Shown one piece after another: positions 1 to 15,000 of a DNA stretch of 62,788 nt (position 1 is the first letter of the stretch; every line of letters begins with the position of its first letter). A program made the translations under genes and the position numbers. The notes beneath the pieces were generated by a model that worked only from the letters and a program-made list of their open reading frames with translations, did not search any database and was not told where the DNA came from. Origin of the DNA: Candidatus Omnitrophota bacterium (GTDB lineage Bacteria > Omnitrophota > Gorgyraeia > Gygaellales > Profunditerraquicolaceae); contig JAHKAP010000035.1 in the NCBI GenBank assembly GCA_018825985.1, forward strand, positions 1-62,788, given 5' to 3'.

Positions 1-55
1 ATTCATATTAGCCGGAGGGTCTGTAGCTACCTGCCTTTTTAGGACATTTAGAGAC

Positions 56-3000
56 TTGATCGATTACAGGATAAGGCAGGAGAAGGCGTTGACAATCGTT
101 TTTATTGCCCAAGAGGCAACTAACCTCTATCTGGATGAAGAGCCATTCTTAAGCCAAATCTGGCAATATCAGGGGTTCTTGGCGGGTAGAAAAATTGCCT
201 TCTGGGGGTATAATTTTATCTCGCGAACCATCTTCGGCCAATACGCCGGAGATCCCCGGATCATCTTATTGATAACCAAGGGGCCCAAGGATGTTTTGGA
301 ATTGATAAGCGCAGGCGGGGACATCCTTTCGATTGTCTGCAAGGACGTCCCTCGATTGGTTGCAAGGATGTCCCCGAACGGGAGTTCGCCGATAAAAGAT
401 TCATTTTTGGATAATACGATTAAAAGATTCTTAGAGAAGCTCCTTTCCGCCGCGCCTTATCCCGCAAAACTGAAAGAGGCAGAGAAGATATACCCGGATA
501 CCTTTGATGCCCGGGAGTTGGTAGATGTCCTGGGTTTATTAAAAGAGACGATCATAGACGAGATTGTCGTAGGTTTAGGCGGTGTATCCCGGGTGTATCT
601 TGATAAAAAAATCAAAGAATACCTTTTTATAGCCATAGGAGTCCTGCGCTATAGGTTAATGGATGCAGCAAAAAGAGGCCCGATAGACCTGAGGCACTAC
701 CAGGAGATAATCAGGTTAATGCATTTCTTTACCGAAGATAAAAGGATAGCTATAGATATCGAGACCGTAAAACCCCAGGTCTCCACAGCTTACCATAGAT
801 TAGCAAACCAGTATTTTATTACCGGAGATTTATCTCAGGCAGAGGAATACTACCGCCGGGCCCAGTACTTTAGCCCGGAAAAGGCGATGTCGAATCTTGT
901 CCGAGGGAACAGGTTCTTCCGCCAGGCAAAGTTTAAAGAGGCCTCCTGGGAGTATGTCCGGGCAAAAAACCTCGGAGTTATTTCTCCGGAGCTGCGTAAA
1001 ATAATGCGCAGTAATTTAGGTTATACCTTTGAGATGCTCGGAGAGAACTCTTTTGCGGTAGAAGAATATAGGAATGCTTTGGGTTTAGACCCGGAAAATT
1101 ACCCTCTGGGCTTAGGGATAGGCCTATCTCTTATAAGGCTGGGTCTTTATCCGGAGGTATTGGAAGATTTCAGCCGAAAGGGGCTCTTGGAGGCGGAGAA
1201 CTTTGCCGGCCTTCTTAATATGCCTGATTCGCTAACGTACTTGGAGATGGCGGACAAGACAATTCAGTTTTGTTCGGATAAGAAACTTCTCCCGGATAAG
1301 TTTTTAGCCGAATTAGAGGATTTGGTTGAGGCGCTGAGTATTGTGTCCAGGCAGGAATTCGAGGGCCTTTCCAGCAGCCCTATAAAATTAGCTGATGCCT
1401 TTGTCACTAAGTTGCCGTTATTATTTACTCCTGAAGGGGCAAACGACTTCAGGAAGATAAAAAAAGCCCTCGGCAACAATTCTTTTAACGTTTTGTTTGG
1501 CCCGGCTTTCGGAGCGGATGTTTTGCTGTCCTTGTACCTTTTTGACCCCAGCATTATCTTAGCCGTGGATATGTTGGCTTTTGGCGAGTCTAAAGAATTA
1601 GGCAAATCCGCTTTATCAGGTATTAGGGATGAATATATTAAAGAGAAGAGGTGTCCCGGAGGATTCTCTTGGACGAGTACTTTGAGTAGAAAGATAAAAG
1701 TATTAGGGATTCCTATTTTATTAGAGCTGGAACTTTTAGGCCTTAAGAGAAAAGATATAAACCTAGCGATTAAAGGCAGGAATACTGCCGAGATTACATT
1801 TGTTTTGCCTAAGAATATCGACTCCGCAGGCAGGTTAAGGAAGGTCGTTTTCTTCGGCGGACTGGATGTTAATGATTTAGGTTCTTATCCCAAAACCCTT
1901 AAGTTGCTTATGAATAGGATTGATGCGTGTATGTATAAGGCTTTTTCGCCTTTCTATATAGAGGCAAAGACTTGGGATTTCATACTTTCCGGGTTCCGTA
2001 AAAGCGGGGTGATAGTTTCAGACAGGGGAATATTCCTAACCAGGAAGGGGAGAAAAAGAGTGTCGCATACTTACCACACGGAGATCAGCTTTGGGCATAA
2101 TCATTTTTATTCCTGGGGTAGAGGTGGCACATTTATTTACGAAGTGAAAGCTAAGACCTCTAGCTCTCCGGTCGGAGCCTTAATGCGCACTTATTCAGAG
2201 TCAACCCACAAACAATCCAGCAGCCCTATCGGTTCATATGACAAAGAAAAGATATTCTTGGATCCTTTATCTGTTGGCTTCCCAGACGAGAAATTCCTTG
2301 TTAATGGAAATTTATTTGATTTTTCCAGACGTCTTATCCTTCACCTGAATTTTTATAATCATAATTCAGGAAATTTGGGAGGTATTGAATTACTCTTACC
2401 CGGACACCTTATTAATTATATCTATGTGGAGCCGAAAGTTAGAGGCCAGGGACTGGCGAGAGCCTTCTTAATTACCCTATTTAAGATTATTGAGGATGGG
2501 TGGATAGAAGAAAATCTAAAAATGGGCATGTTTAATATGTATGTGCGGCATCCCTTACTAGCAAAAACGTTGTTAAGGCTCGGCTATGGCCATACTCCCG
2601 TGATAGGGGCAGAGGGTTTTAGCACGGAATTGATTTTAGGCAAGACGCTGGAGAATAAGAAAGTTCCGGTATATATACCCGATCCGGTAAAGAGAAAAGA
2701 TTTCATTATTTATGTCTCTGCAGCCGGAGAAGACTATAACATGCTTTTTATAGAGGATAAGCTTATTCGGGGAGATGCGGTAAGGATATATGAAACATAC
2801 TATCTTAAAGACGAGGATACATTCCGCAAACAAGTTGACAATTCTAGCATTAGAATAAAGGAAACTGTTTCCAAATCAATCGGGACAGTGGGTAATGGCG
2901 CCAGCTCGGCGGTGAGCCCGGGAGGCTCATATTATGCCGAACTATTTAAAACATTCGTGCGTACTCATCAGTGGACAGATATCATAGAATTAAGGCGGCA

Positions 3001-6000
3001 ATTGACCAGTCAGTTCCGGTTCCCCAATGAGTTTGTCCATCATTTACAGGATCATAAAGGCAAAATACAGTTAGCTGTTCTGAAAGTACATAACTTTAAG
3101 CAGCAATTCATTATGCGGGGTTACAATTTAGGGGTGGGGCATAAGTTGGGAGCTATTGCCGCGGCTAAGGTCATCCGCTACCAGCTCAGGATTGCCCTAC
3201 AGGAACAAATTAAGAGGATGGTGGATAACGGTCTAATGCCGTCTGAAACACAGTGCAATATCTATAACGCGGGGCCGAAATTCCGTATTATTTTCCGTTT
3301 CAGTCAGGATATGACAAATGAAAAGGCGGCGCAGGAGATACTGCTGGGTGTCTTGGCAGAACATTCGGGCTTTAAGGAAAAGGTTATTAGCGGAGTGAAA
3401 GACAGATCAGGCATTGCAGAATTGCTGCATCATTTTTCAACCAAAAACTTTTATATGTACGGCGGCGTATCAAGCCTGCACCAGGCAGGGATAAGCGATT
3501 TAGATACAGCTTTGTCTGTAGCCGACAGGATACAACAGGAGGCCGGCAAGGCCGCAAATATTGTCCATATCAGGTATTGCGCTGACTATAAACAACTGTT
3601 AAGCCGGCTTAAGGAAATCGGGGATTTTACTATCAGCCTCTATAAGATGCATAAGCGTGAGGTGATACTGCGCAGGTTGCATCAGGTTATTCTCTTTCAA
3701 GAGAAGGACGCGGTGGAAACATTATCTGAGGAGATTCAGGAGGAAATAATCGCGTTAGAGGCCTTGGGTTTAGATAAGGAATTGGTTGATTTTGATCCTG
3801 TGTCAGATCAATTTAGGCACCGGGTGAGTTTTTTCGAACACGGGATTGAAAACTATGAACAGTGGTATCGTTTTCTGGATACGACGCGCATAGAACAAAG
3901 CCCGGAGTTATTATTCTTGCGGGGAGTGCTCTACACTAGCGAGCTCAGCGGGGCTAAAGACAATATTTTATTCGGCTATTCCAATTTCAGGAGATTCATC
4001 AACTATATCTTGCGGCACAAAGTGCCCTATTCATTTCATGCGGTCTTCAGGATGGGGGTAGAGTCTGATGAGTTTGTTGCTCTATTGTGGAATGCGCAAG
4101 AAGAAAAGTTGGCTTTATTTTGCTTTGATACCTCCAATACCGGGGATATCGGTACATTCCACGGCCGCCGGACCGCTAACGAAATGCTGGATAAAATGGG
4201 TTTGTTGCTCAAGCGTGTCTTTTCCCAAGCGGTGCAGAAAGGATCTTTTAAGGCATGGCTTATGCATATCCGCCAGACACTGCCCGGGGTATTGGATAAG
4301 GAGTTTGAGGATGTTTCCTATCGTCTGACTCCCGTGATATATCCCTTGCTGCAGGATGAGGTATTACTTAAGGATGTGCGCAGGCAGGTTCTTTCTATGC
4401 TGGATCGGGATAGCGGCGCGCTCTATAAGGTGAGATTTACCGTCCCGGAGAAAACAGGCAACAGGAACTATAGACCGCTGATACGGGATATATCCGGCAA
4501 AGAGATAGCTTATTCTGAATCCGATCCGCCATTCTTTTTTGAAAGTGTGGGCGGTTATCTTAAGGTGGTATCCAACAAATTCAGCATCCTGGCAGTTTCC
4601 TTGGCCGAATATAATATATTGAAGAAGAAACAATTGTTAGTAGTTGATGGCGGCCGGGATTATGACGTGGCGGTGTGGGTAAAGCCTGCCTTTTCAGGAG
4701 GATGCCTTACCTTGAGCACGAGGCATATTCGGGATTTCAGCAGAGACTTCGGTGATTTGCAATGGCCGGCGGATTACCGCGCAGAATACGTTAAGCGCAG
4801 GAGAATAATCCCCTACCAGATGCTGCACTATGGCGCATTGCCCGCTAAGAAAATTATAGGCACAGAGAGGGTTGATATCAGCAGGATTTCCCGCAAACTC
4901 CCTTTATTTAAAGAGAAGCCGATTCAGGCAGGCGTAGCCCTGGCTATTCTCTCTCGGATCGAGGCCGAACAGAAAGAGATAGGAGGAGACGGTAATGTTG
5001 CTTCTTCGCCGATGGAACAGGAAATGCCGCTTCTCGCAGGAGACATGCACAAAGAGGGATTATGTGTTATGAGTCGGGCGCATCATGTAATCGATTTTGT
5101 CTGTTTGCCCGAAGATTTAATCAGAAAGTTTGCTGCCGGAGGCAATGCTATGGCGCAGATTTATCTGGAGGCGCGCAATATCGGCAGGGATTTTTCGGAT
5201 GATGATTGGCTGGACGCGTCTAAGTGGGAGGTCTTTGCTATGTTGGGAAAGATGGAGCGCGCTTTTCTTTCCCAAAGGGACAAACTAAATGCGATGCAGT
5301 TTAGAGAAAGGCTTTATTCTCTATACGGAATATGCGTGGTGGGGATGAACCTGATGGATATCTGGCATTGTGGCCCGGTTTCCGTGGGTTTGGCCCGGTC
5401 ATTGAGGGGTTTAGGGTATGACCCGCGCCTGTTCCGTAATAATAAGTACGCTTCGGCCATGCTTGAAAAGTTCATCCATCCGGAGAGAATAAGCAAGGAT
5501 GATAGATTTGACCACATCTTCGTAGTTGATAATGCAAACGGAGAAGGCGGAATTTACATTGATTTCAGGGCCATGCAATTCCTGGAAGAGATAAAGGGGG
5601 TTAGGGATTTATTGCGGGAAACCGCAGTTTTTCTAAAGAATCATCAACAATCCAGCAGCCCGGTTGAGAAAGCCGGGCCGAGCCCTTACTTTCAAGACAG
5701 CGCAAAGGCTTCCCAAAATGGTGTTGTGTTTCGGCGCGTAACTCCCGAGGCATTCTCCGGCACAACCCTGATCTTCGTCCACGGTAAGGGAGTGCTTGAT
5801 GTCTATAATTATTTCACGCGCCTGCTTAGGCCATCTCTGCGCAGGCAATATCTGCCCCATTACGACCTTGTCTGCTGGCAGGAAGGATCCCCCTTGAAAC
5901 AGTTTTTAGGCCTGGGTTTTGAGATGGTTTCTTTCCCTCACGCTACTCTCAATCCCAAGAACATACTTATGAACGTCGAAGAAATAAGCAGGAAGATTTT

Positions 6001-9000
6001 TATCCCGGCGATAGAGCGCATCTTCCAAACGCAACCTTTTCTTAAGGGCGGTAAAATAGTAGTGGTGGGATACAGTTTCGGAGCGATCCTGGCTTCCTAT
6101 AACAGCGGTTTCTTAAGGAACAGGGGAGTCAGCGGGTTAGCCTTGATTAATCCGGTATTTTCTTTTAATAAGGGAGTATCCGAATGGATGAGGCTACAGA
6201 CGGTTTTATTCTGGGATATCCTCTCCCGGATCTACCTTAGGGATTACCGTAAAGGAATACACCGCCAGCTTATAAGGGGGACGCCGGAAAATAAGGCGCT
6301 TATGGAAAAAATTAACGCGGAGATCAAACAATGGGAGGAAAATGAGGTAATCCTGGTCAGCACCTTTACTAAAGAGGGAAGGCCGGTAGCCAGGAAAAAT
6401 AAAGGCTGGATTGAGGATATGCTTGACCGCCTGGCAACTCCTGAGACCGACGGTGTTACTGAATTGGCCGGTTTCGATGCCGGGGCCAAGAATATACCGG
6501 TAATAAAAATCGAAGGCGTCGACCACAGCGGCGCATTGTGGGGCCAAGACAAGAGGGTTTTAAGCATTGTGAGCAACTTTTGCCTTAATAGGTCTCCTTC
6601 CATTTCTCCGATTGTATTTAACGCCTCTTCAGAACAAAGGAATTTTATCGCGGCATTAACCCAAAAAGAGCCTGGTTTTTCTCACCTGCCTAAGGCTGAA
6701 ATAATAAAGCGCAGCAGAATCCGGGGCTATAGCAATTTTATGCAAGTATATGAAACAGAAGATTGCCCCGGGCTTGTTTTTAAGATACCGAATCCCTCAG
6801 ACGGCCTGATCCTATATCCTCAAGAAGCCGCCTGTATGCAGATTATCGCCGATAGAATGATTAGCAGGGAAGTGAGGATCGGCGGCTGGAGGCTCGTTAA
6901 GATTGTGCCGTTTGTGCCAGTGGCATATGTAGACGGCATCATTGTCCAACAGAAAGCAATACCCGTTTATAAGCAGGGCAGGACAGAATCATGGCTCTCG
7001 ATAACAGGCAGGATAACGCAGAAGTTAGAGAAAAATAGGATTCGTTACCGTTTTCCTGATTGGCTAAAGTATGAAAACGGAGATATAGGGTGGGTAGGAA
7101 AAGAGGATGGGAGCGGGGACGTGGAGCCAGCTATTCTCGATAACGGGTTATTCTTCCCGCTTGAATTTGTAGAGGCATTAAGGCAAAGGGCTGAAGAGGC
7201 GGTAGATATCTTGCCCCTGGAAGAAATTACGCAAGTCATCGGCAGGTTGGGTTATTACTCTGCCTCTTTTTTGAAAATATGCTATGAGAAACAGACATAT
7301 GATTGGATGGCCCCCAGCCGGCATGATCTGGAATTTGCCGGCCGTTATTGGAAAGAGATATTTGGAGGGACCACGTATAAGGAAGCAATAGCCAAGGTCA
7401 TCGGCACGATGAAAACAAAATACGCATCTTCTCCGGCGGGCAGGGATAGTCCCTCAATTAAAAAGCCCGGATTAAGAAACGCCGTAAAAATCCTAGGCGA
7501 AGAAGCAAGCGATTGTTTTATCCGCTGTAGGGTGTTGATAGAGAAGACAGCCGGTCATTTGAGATCGTTGTTACCTAAAAAGCAGTATAGCGATAAGTAT
7601 TTTAAGCCGAATGACGAAAATCTATCCACACTTGTTGTGATCCGGCCATTATTTGGTGGGCGTTCTGGTGTAAACGCGGCGCATAGAGCCGTGAATTTTG
7701 TTGATGGTAATTTAATCGTTACAGATGAACACCACCGTATTTTAGAATACTTAACCGGAGGAGATAGCGTCCTATCTTTTGATTATGATCTTGACAATCT
7801 AAGGCAGTATTCAAATAAGAAAACTACCGTTATTGCGCCTGCGGATCAGACTAATTGGGTCGTATGGGCGAAATTTAAGGGATGTAAGGTGTGGTTATGT
7901 ATCCCTTCGTGGAGAATAAAAGGAATCGATTCTTTGTTAGATGACCCTGAGAAAGACTTTGAACGGATTTTTTCAAATATCGATGAAATCCCAACAATTA
8001 CGGGAGATGTGGTAGTAACGTTTTGCCTGGATTATTTTGCGAATCGCTTTATGCCTCAAGGAGTAGAAGGTCCGGATTACGAGCGGGATGAGATGCGCCC
8101 TTTATTTGATGAGATTGAAGGGCAGATAAGAAGCATTGCTAATGTGCTTAAGGAAAGAGAAATTGTTGTTAAATTTGTGCACCTGAGCATATCCAGTCAA
8201 TATGCTTATGAAGAGTACAAAGATTTTGTGATACAGGAATTGAAAGAGCACATAGTGCCTCTTTTAGGATTATACAGTTCATCCTCCTCTGGACCCACTA
8301 TCAGGGACACCCTTGAGATTAGCCGCGAAGACGACCCCCGGCATAATAGGCATTCTTCCAGTTCCCCTATTCTGGAATCCGGCAGTAAGAGCGATAAGCT
8401 TACCGATAAAGAGAAGATCCGAAATCTCCTGGGGGCAGTCAGGCGCAGGGGCGATTCCAGGAACATGGTTTATTACCATGTAAAGATGGCTGTTTTTGCC
8501 CTTTTGTTGGCTGGCCTAAACCAGTTTTTATTCGGCTGGAACCCTATTTCTATTTTGCTCTGCGCCGGCCTTATTGTGAGCATAGAAGGCCCTCTATTTT
8601 TCTTCGGGATATTGTTGATGCGCGTACGGCTCTATGGCTCTAATGAAACATTAAACGTAATAACGATGTGCAGGGAGGAATGCGTAACATATAATTTAAA
8701 TTCAGCAATAATGCGTTTCCATAAAGACTATCTCTTATCCCCTCTGGCCTTGATACTTTTCTCGGAATATTTGGGATTGATTGAGCAAGATTTCTTATTT
8801 TGGTCCACTTCGGTCATGCTGATTAATGCAGGGGTTGCTAATACGGTTTCGGAATTGATAGATACAAAGCTGTACTGGAAGGATATCTACAGGGAGTTAT
8901 TTGGCAGTGTATCGGCAAGATCCTCTGTGGGCGGTAAAGGACAAGGTCGCTCTAGCTCTCCGGCGGCAGCATCCAGCCCAACAATCCAGGGCAGGCATAA

Positions 9001-12000
9001 GCGAAAAAGCCCATCTCTGCAGTTTAATTCTCTTGCCGAACAACTTAGGCCTGTTAAGGCAAAAAATGAAGCGCGTGAGTTGCCTATACAGGTAGAACAG
9101 ATCGCAGGTTCGCTTAAAGACAGAAATTTATGGGGAACACAAAATAAACCGATTATCGTTGTGTTTGATGCGCATGGGACATTGCTTGAACCGACATGGA
9201 AATTCGAGATTGCCGATGTCTACCATGATATTACCGGCAGGGACATAGGAGAAGGCTTAGTATGGGTGGAGCAAAACGCGATGAACGAGAATATAGATAC
9301 AATTGCGCAGAGGCTGTCTATAGCTTCAGAAATTTCTAAAGAGGATATAATACGCCTACTCGATGAAAGAATGCGCCATTACCACTTAAATTATATTCCT
9401 AAGGCAAGGCCGTATGCTCTGGAGTTTATTAAAGCGCTTAATATATTGGGTATTCCTCTATTTATAAGGACTGGTTCAGATACCGATTTAACAATTTCTC
9501 AATTAAAAATAAATGGCCTCTTGGATTTTATACCCCAAGAGCATATTGTGGGGAGTGAGCGAAATAAGGGGTTACGTAGCTCAGATACGATTGAAGCGCT
9601 CCACAGGCAATTTCAAAACCATAGAATTGTGTATTTTGATGATTGGGTGGGAGCGGGGAAAAAGCTCGTTGAAATCGGGGGTGTGTTTTTTGGCTTGCCT
9701 CAAGGGCCTACTGTTGAGAGCAATGAATTTCAGGGTAACAGGGAGGCGCTTATTGCCGACGGAGCCAACTATATACTTAGCGGCTGGCAGGATTATGAAG
9801 AAATTATTAAGTTGATATCGGTTGATAAGGAGGCTCAAAACAGGGACGAGGCGATCCCGGTTGCTGAGGGGGCGGCTAAAGAGCTTTATCCTATTATCCC
9901 GGCAGCCAGGCCAAACAAGATATCTTTGTTCATTGATATTTCCCGAGATAGCGACATAACCTATCATTATATGGAAAATGACCCTTTAGCATTTGGTATT
10001 AACGGCAAAGCGAATTATGATGATCTGGTGTTAAAGTTACAAAAAATCGTTACTATCCCGGACGCCCGCCTGATCACTCCCCAAAAATATATAGACACCC
10101 GCCTTGAACCGTCAATCCGTAATTTACTTAATCAGCTCCTTGCCGGACAAAAACGCTATACGAGATTTATGGATGTAATAGTTTCCTGGGACGCGGCTAT
10201 CGATAAGAATGTGTGGACCACCAACAGGGATACAATTTATTTCCTGGACATAGTTGATAAAGAAGGTGTATTTGAAGATGATACGGTTGAGCGGCTTCTT
10301 GAGATAGGAGTTGGAGGAGGACAGATTTCGGCAACTTCCGCCAAGCGGTTCGTAAACCTCAAAAGCCTTTCAGTCAGCGATATCAGTATCTACGCTTTGC
10401 GCTGCAGTTATAAAAATATCCTGCCTTATATGAAAAATGGCTTGGATTTGCATTTCTATTGGGGTAAGGGCATACGCACGATAAACGAGTATTTTGATGT
10501 TATATTTATCAACCCTCCTTATATACGGATCCCGCCGTGGCGTAAGCAGGATAATAAAGACCCCTATCGCGGGACCGGGCTTATCCGCGAGATATTGGAG
10601 ATAGGGGTACAAAAGCTTAATAGGCATAACCCGAATGTCAGAATCTTTATTAATGTTTCAAGCCTGGCAGAAAAAGATTTAATCCGCTATGTTGATGAGT
10701 TAGACGGCGAGTTTATTCTTAGCTCGCTGGGGCCGCGTTTAAACCTTCCGTTTAAGCATGCCCAGTTTTTAATTCAAAAATCAGGAAACTATCTGGATGT
10801 TCCTCTTAAGGTACAAGCTGTGGATGAAAAATGGCGGCAGTGGCTTATAGAAGAAGGCGGCCTGGAATACCGAAAAGATGTCGAAGATCATATGGAACCG
10901 TACTGGCATACTCTTCAGATGTATATGATAAAGCCTGCGCGAGCAAGCAGCTCACCGGCGGCAAAGGCCGGAGCGAAAAATATCTCCGTATTAAATAGGT
11001 ACGCCCCCAAGGATAAATTTAGGGTAAGGATTTATAGCGGAAAGGAGGATGATTTTTGGAGTTTTCAGGAAAGCCTGCGCCAGTGGCTTAAATATAAATA
11101 TGGAAAATTCCGATTCGATACCGTAAAAGATGACTCCGGCCGCATCATCAAAACCCCGCTCCTGCGTAAGTTCATAACCGGCATTGTCAATGGCAATACC
11201 TATTCTAACTACCGTTATATTTCCATCTGTAACGATAATACGCTCCTTGCTATGCAGGGGATTGAGCTGCATCCTGATAAAAATAATCCGCTAAGGATGA
11301 GGAAGTTTGTCGCAGCCAAGACAGTAATATCGCCTTTTATACGGCAGGATAAAAAATACGATACGGAAAAACTGCTGGCTCGCCTCTTTAGCGCTGTAAT
11401 CGGTTTTAGCAAAAACAATGGCTTTGGCGGGAAAATCTGGGGGATTACCGTAAGCACGGCAATCCTGCGGCATTTAGAAGGCTGCGGAGCGGTAATTATT
11501 CCTTTTAAGCTTATCAGCGGGATCAGGTCGTATATCTATATCCTTGAGCCAGAGGCAGCAGAAAGATATTTAGAGAGCCGACACTATGCCAGCTCACCGG
11601 CTCAGTTTTTGCAATCCTTATTTATCTCGCTTGAGCCGCTGGGATTAAATCGTTTGATAGAAGTAAAGAATAAGCATGGTTTTGAGGCCGCATTCTTTGC
11701 ACGCATAAGAAAAAAAGCGGGCAAGGAAGAAAAGATTTTTGTATTCCGATATCGCGCCTCTGAAAATAGCGGTTTTGCGGGGGCGTATAAAATAAGGGAT
11801 TTCGCATGCTATGAAATTGCAACCGGACAGGATCAAGAAATTTTTGCCGGGGGCCTGACTTATGTCATCCCACCGCTGGGAAGTCAAACCGCCTATACGT
11901 GGGTCAGGCAGCAGTATCTTAGCTTTTTGAGATATTATCCGGGTATGCAGGAGCACGCGTTTTTTGTGGCTGAACCATATCGCAGGCAATACTTCCTTGG

Positions 12001-15000
12001 GAATGGCCTCTTGGCATTAGCCGTGCAATATATGAAGAGATGCGATAGATTGAGCGTATATAACTATGCGTACTGGACGCCATCATCCATGGCAGTTCTT
12101 TTAAAATTACTCCCCGATATGACTCCCTGGCTAAGCATCAGCCATTTTAAGAATGAGCGCAGCTTAGAGACGTTGAGAGTAATCAGGGAGAAAGGTAAGA
12201 GCATCATACTGTCCTCTTGGTTAAAAAATGCCTTCTCGCCTATTGCCTTGAATCCATTGGCTGATAAGCAGCTATACGCCTCGTCGCTACGCCGCTCCAG
12301 TTCGCCTGCGCAGAAACCCGCCTCCTCACCGGCTGTAAATGCCATATATGATGCTTCTCAGCCGTATCCCAGATGGCATCTGTTAGAAAGTATTATATCA
12401 ACCGGCAAGCAAGGTGACATTATCCGGGAAAGGGGCGCCGCGTATTGTATATACGTATCCATATTTGACGCTTTAAAGAAGAAGGGGGCATTGATACATG
12501 CAGACATTGTATTGAGCAAAGAGAGGGCCCGGGAAATAGTATTATTTGCTTCTGAGAAGGCGGAGATAGCGTTGCAAGATGATGCCTATAGGCAAAAGAA
12601 TATTATCGCTGTTATCCTGCGGTCTGAGTATGATATGACATCAATAGAATTCAATTACTCCTGGGTGTTTTCCGATATTGGCTTACCCAGCCTGCCGACG
12701 GATATACATCCTTCATGGCAATTCAACAAGATAATTTTTTCTGTCGGCCGGGGAGAGATTTCTGCGTTAGGCGGGGATGGCGGGATTTTGCACTCCGTAA
12801 ATTTGGGTGATATCCGCGGTACCTTAAGCGGGGATGGCGCAGAGCGCAGCGCCTTGCGACCGAGCGAAAGCGAGGGAGTCCTGAGAGATGCCGGAAGCCG
12901 AATCGAAGGGCCGATCGTCCGCTCCAGTTCGCCGGCCGCCTCGCCGCTGGGCCGCTCCAGTTCGCCTATACGTAGAAGAAAAATCTCGAAGTCGCCTTTT
13001 ATTAAAGAAAGGCCAAAATTTCTGTTAATAATTTATAAAAGCATTGTAGGGTCTTTAGCAACTATCGCGTTCCTTATATCCCTAGATGCATTTTTTGGGC
13101 AATATTTCTTTGAAGCGGTAATAGTGGCGGCAGTATTTACTATTACAGCGGCTTTATACAAAAAACGTAAAGACAGGATTCAAAGAGAGAGGCGCACATT
13201 TTATATACGTAAATGGCCAAATAATACGAATCGCAAGGATAACGCCAGCTCGCCGGTGGCTGATTTATCCAGCTCTTCTTTTAATTTCCCCGTAGATTTT
13301 TCTCATGCGGCAGGAGAATGGATACCCGTTTCTACGGGGGAAATGGTATTTAAGGCTACGGTTGGCAGTATTTTGATTGATGGGAAAAATGTGTTACTGT
13401 CTCAGCCGCTGTGTGTTTGTAAGAAGATATTATCCAATCCTGGCTTCGCGCTCTGCCGGAACATAGTAGCTGTTTTATTGGATGAATATTTTCGCAAGAA
13501 AAATGAATATACTATCGCTCATATCCCTATCCCGGGAGGATGGTTTAAAGAAGGATACTTTTACTTTTTTGTCCGTGGCACGGATGGTTTTTCATGGGAG
13601 GTAATGACCTTAGAAGGCAGAGAAAATATCCAGATGCAAGAGTGGAATATATGCAAAGGGTTATTTTGGAAATTCGGTATAGATATAGGTTACGATATTG
13701 TTAATGCCGAAGACGCGTTAAGCAAAAATATTATTATCGAGGGGTATGATATAGAACAATTGTATCTAACATGCTCTCTTTCTAAGTATTGGACCAGGAT
13801 TGATTTTGGTTATGAGAGCCTGCCGGTCAGACTTAATCGTCTACAGGAGGCTATTAGAGAGGATAAGGCAAGCCTACGCAAAGTTTTAGGCTGGAGATTT
13901 AAACTGTTGGAATGCGCTGCTTATGGGATAGAAAGAGAATTTACTCCGCAGCAAAAAACATTATTTGAGAAGTTATTTGGTAGGTACCAGTTAGAAGAAT
14001 TGGAACAGTATATATATTCGCACAATATTGTTTCTAGCCCTGTTACCGGGGACACCTTTGAACTTAGCCGTAAAGATGTCCCCAGATTGGCTGCAAAGGC
14101 GTCCCTGAAGATATTGGGGGAGGCGGTAGATATTATTGAGTCATTCGCAGATCACAGATTTAAATTATACCTCACCGGCAGCCTGGCCCGGGAGATTATC
14201 CGGGGGAGTAAGGATTTTAAGGTGACAGATGTTGACCTGGCGCTGGGGTTATCAGGGAGGCTTGAGCGATATTTAGAGGCTCTGGCCAGTATTCAGACGC
14301 AGTTAAATCTGGAATTTGCAGATAATGTGCACCTGGCAGCAGTGCGTTACGGAAGGCTGTATAAAATTAATGATGAGCTTAAGATTAAAGATACTGGCGA
14401 GATATTGGGCGAGGGTATTTATGACCGGGCCTCCGCAGAAAACCGCAGGAAACTGGTCTTAATACAGATTGACAGGAATTTTAAGGTATTCTTACAAAGG
14501 ATGATCGGGGAGCGACTTAAGATTAATTCAGCTTTGGAAGTGCAGGCTGTTTTTCCAATGCATATCAGGCCTTTTGTTTTGCTCTGTGAGATAGCCAGCG
14601 CCATAAAAGAGACTCGCGGCATAGATATTTATATTACAATCTTAAACGAAATAAAAGAAGAGGTGCTGAAGGTCAGTCAGGCTCTTGGTGATATCAAAGA
14701 AGCTAATCGTGATAAAGCTGCATGGCCGGTGATGGAGGCGGTGGAGCCTTATCGGAGCTATGCCCACGGGGTTTTTTACGTATCTCAAACACACTACTTT
14801 CGGTGTGAGTTCTTTTCTCCGGAAGGAGAACCTGTCCATCCGGATAATGATATATCTTCTTTATTGCAGCAGTTTCTTAGCAATACAATCATAGGCAGGA
14901 ATGGGATAAAGATTGATGTTAGTTTTCCTGCTGACGAGCCGGATAAAGAGATTACCGAAGCGCAGAAAGCGGAGATCTTCGCTTTAATCGGATACTTAAG

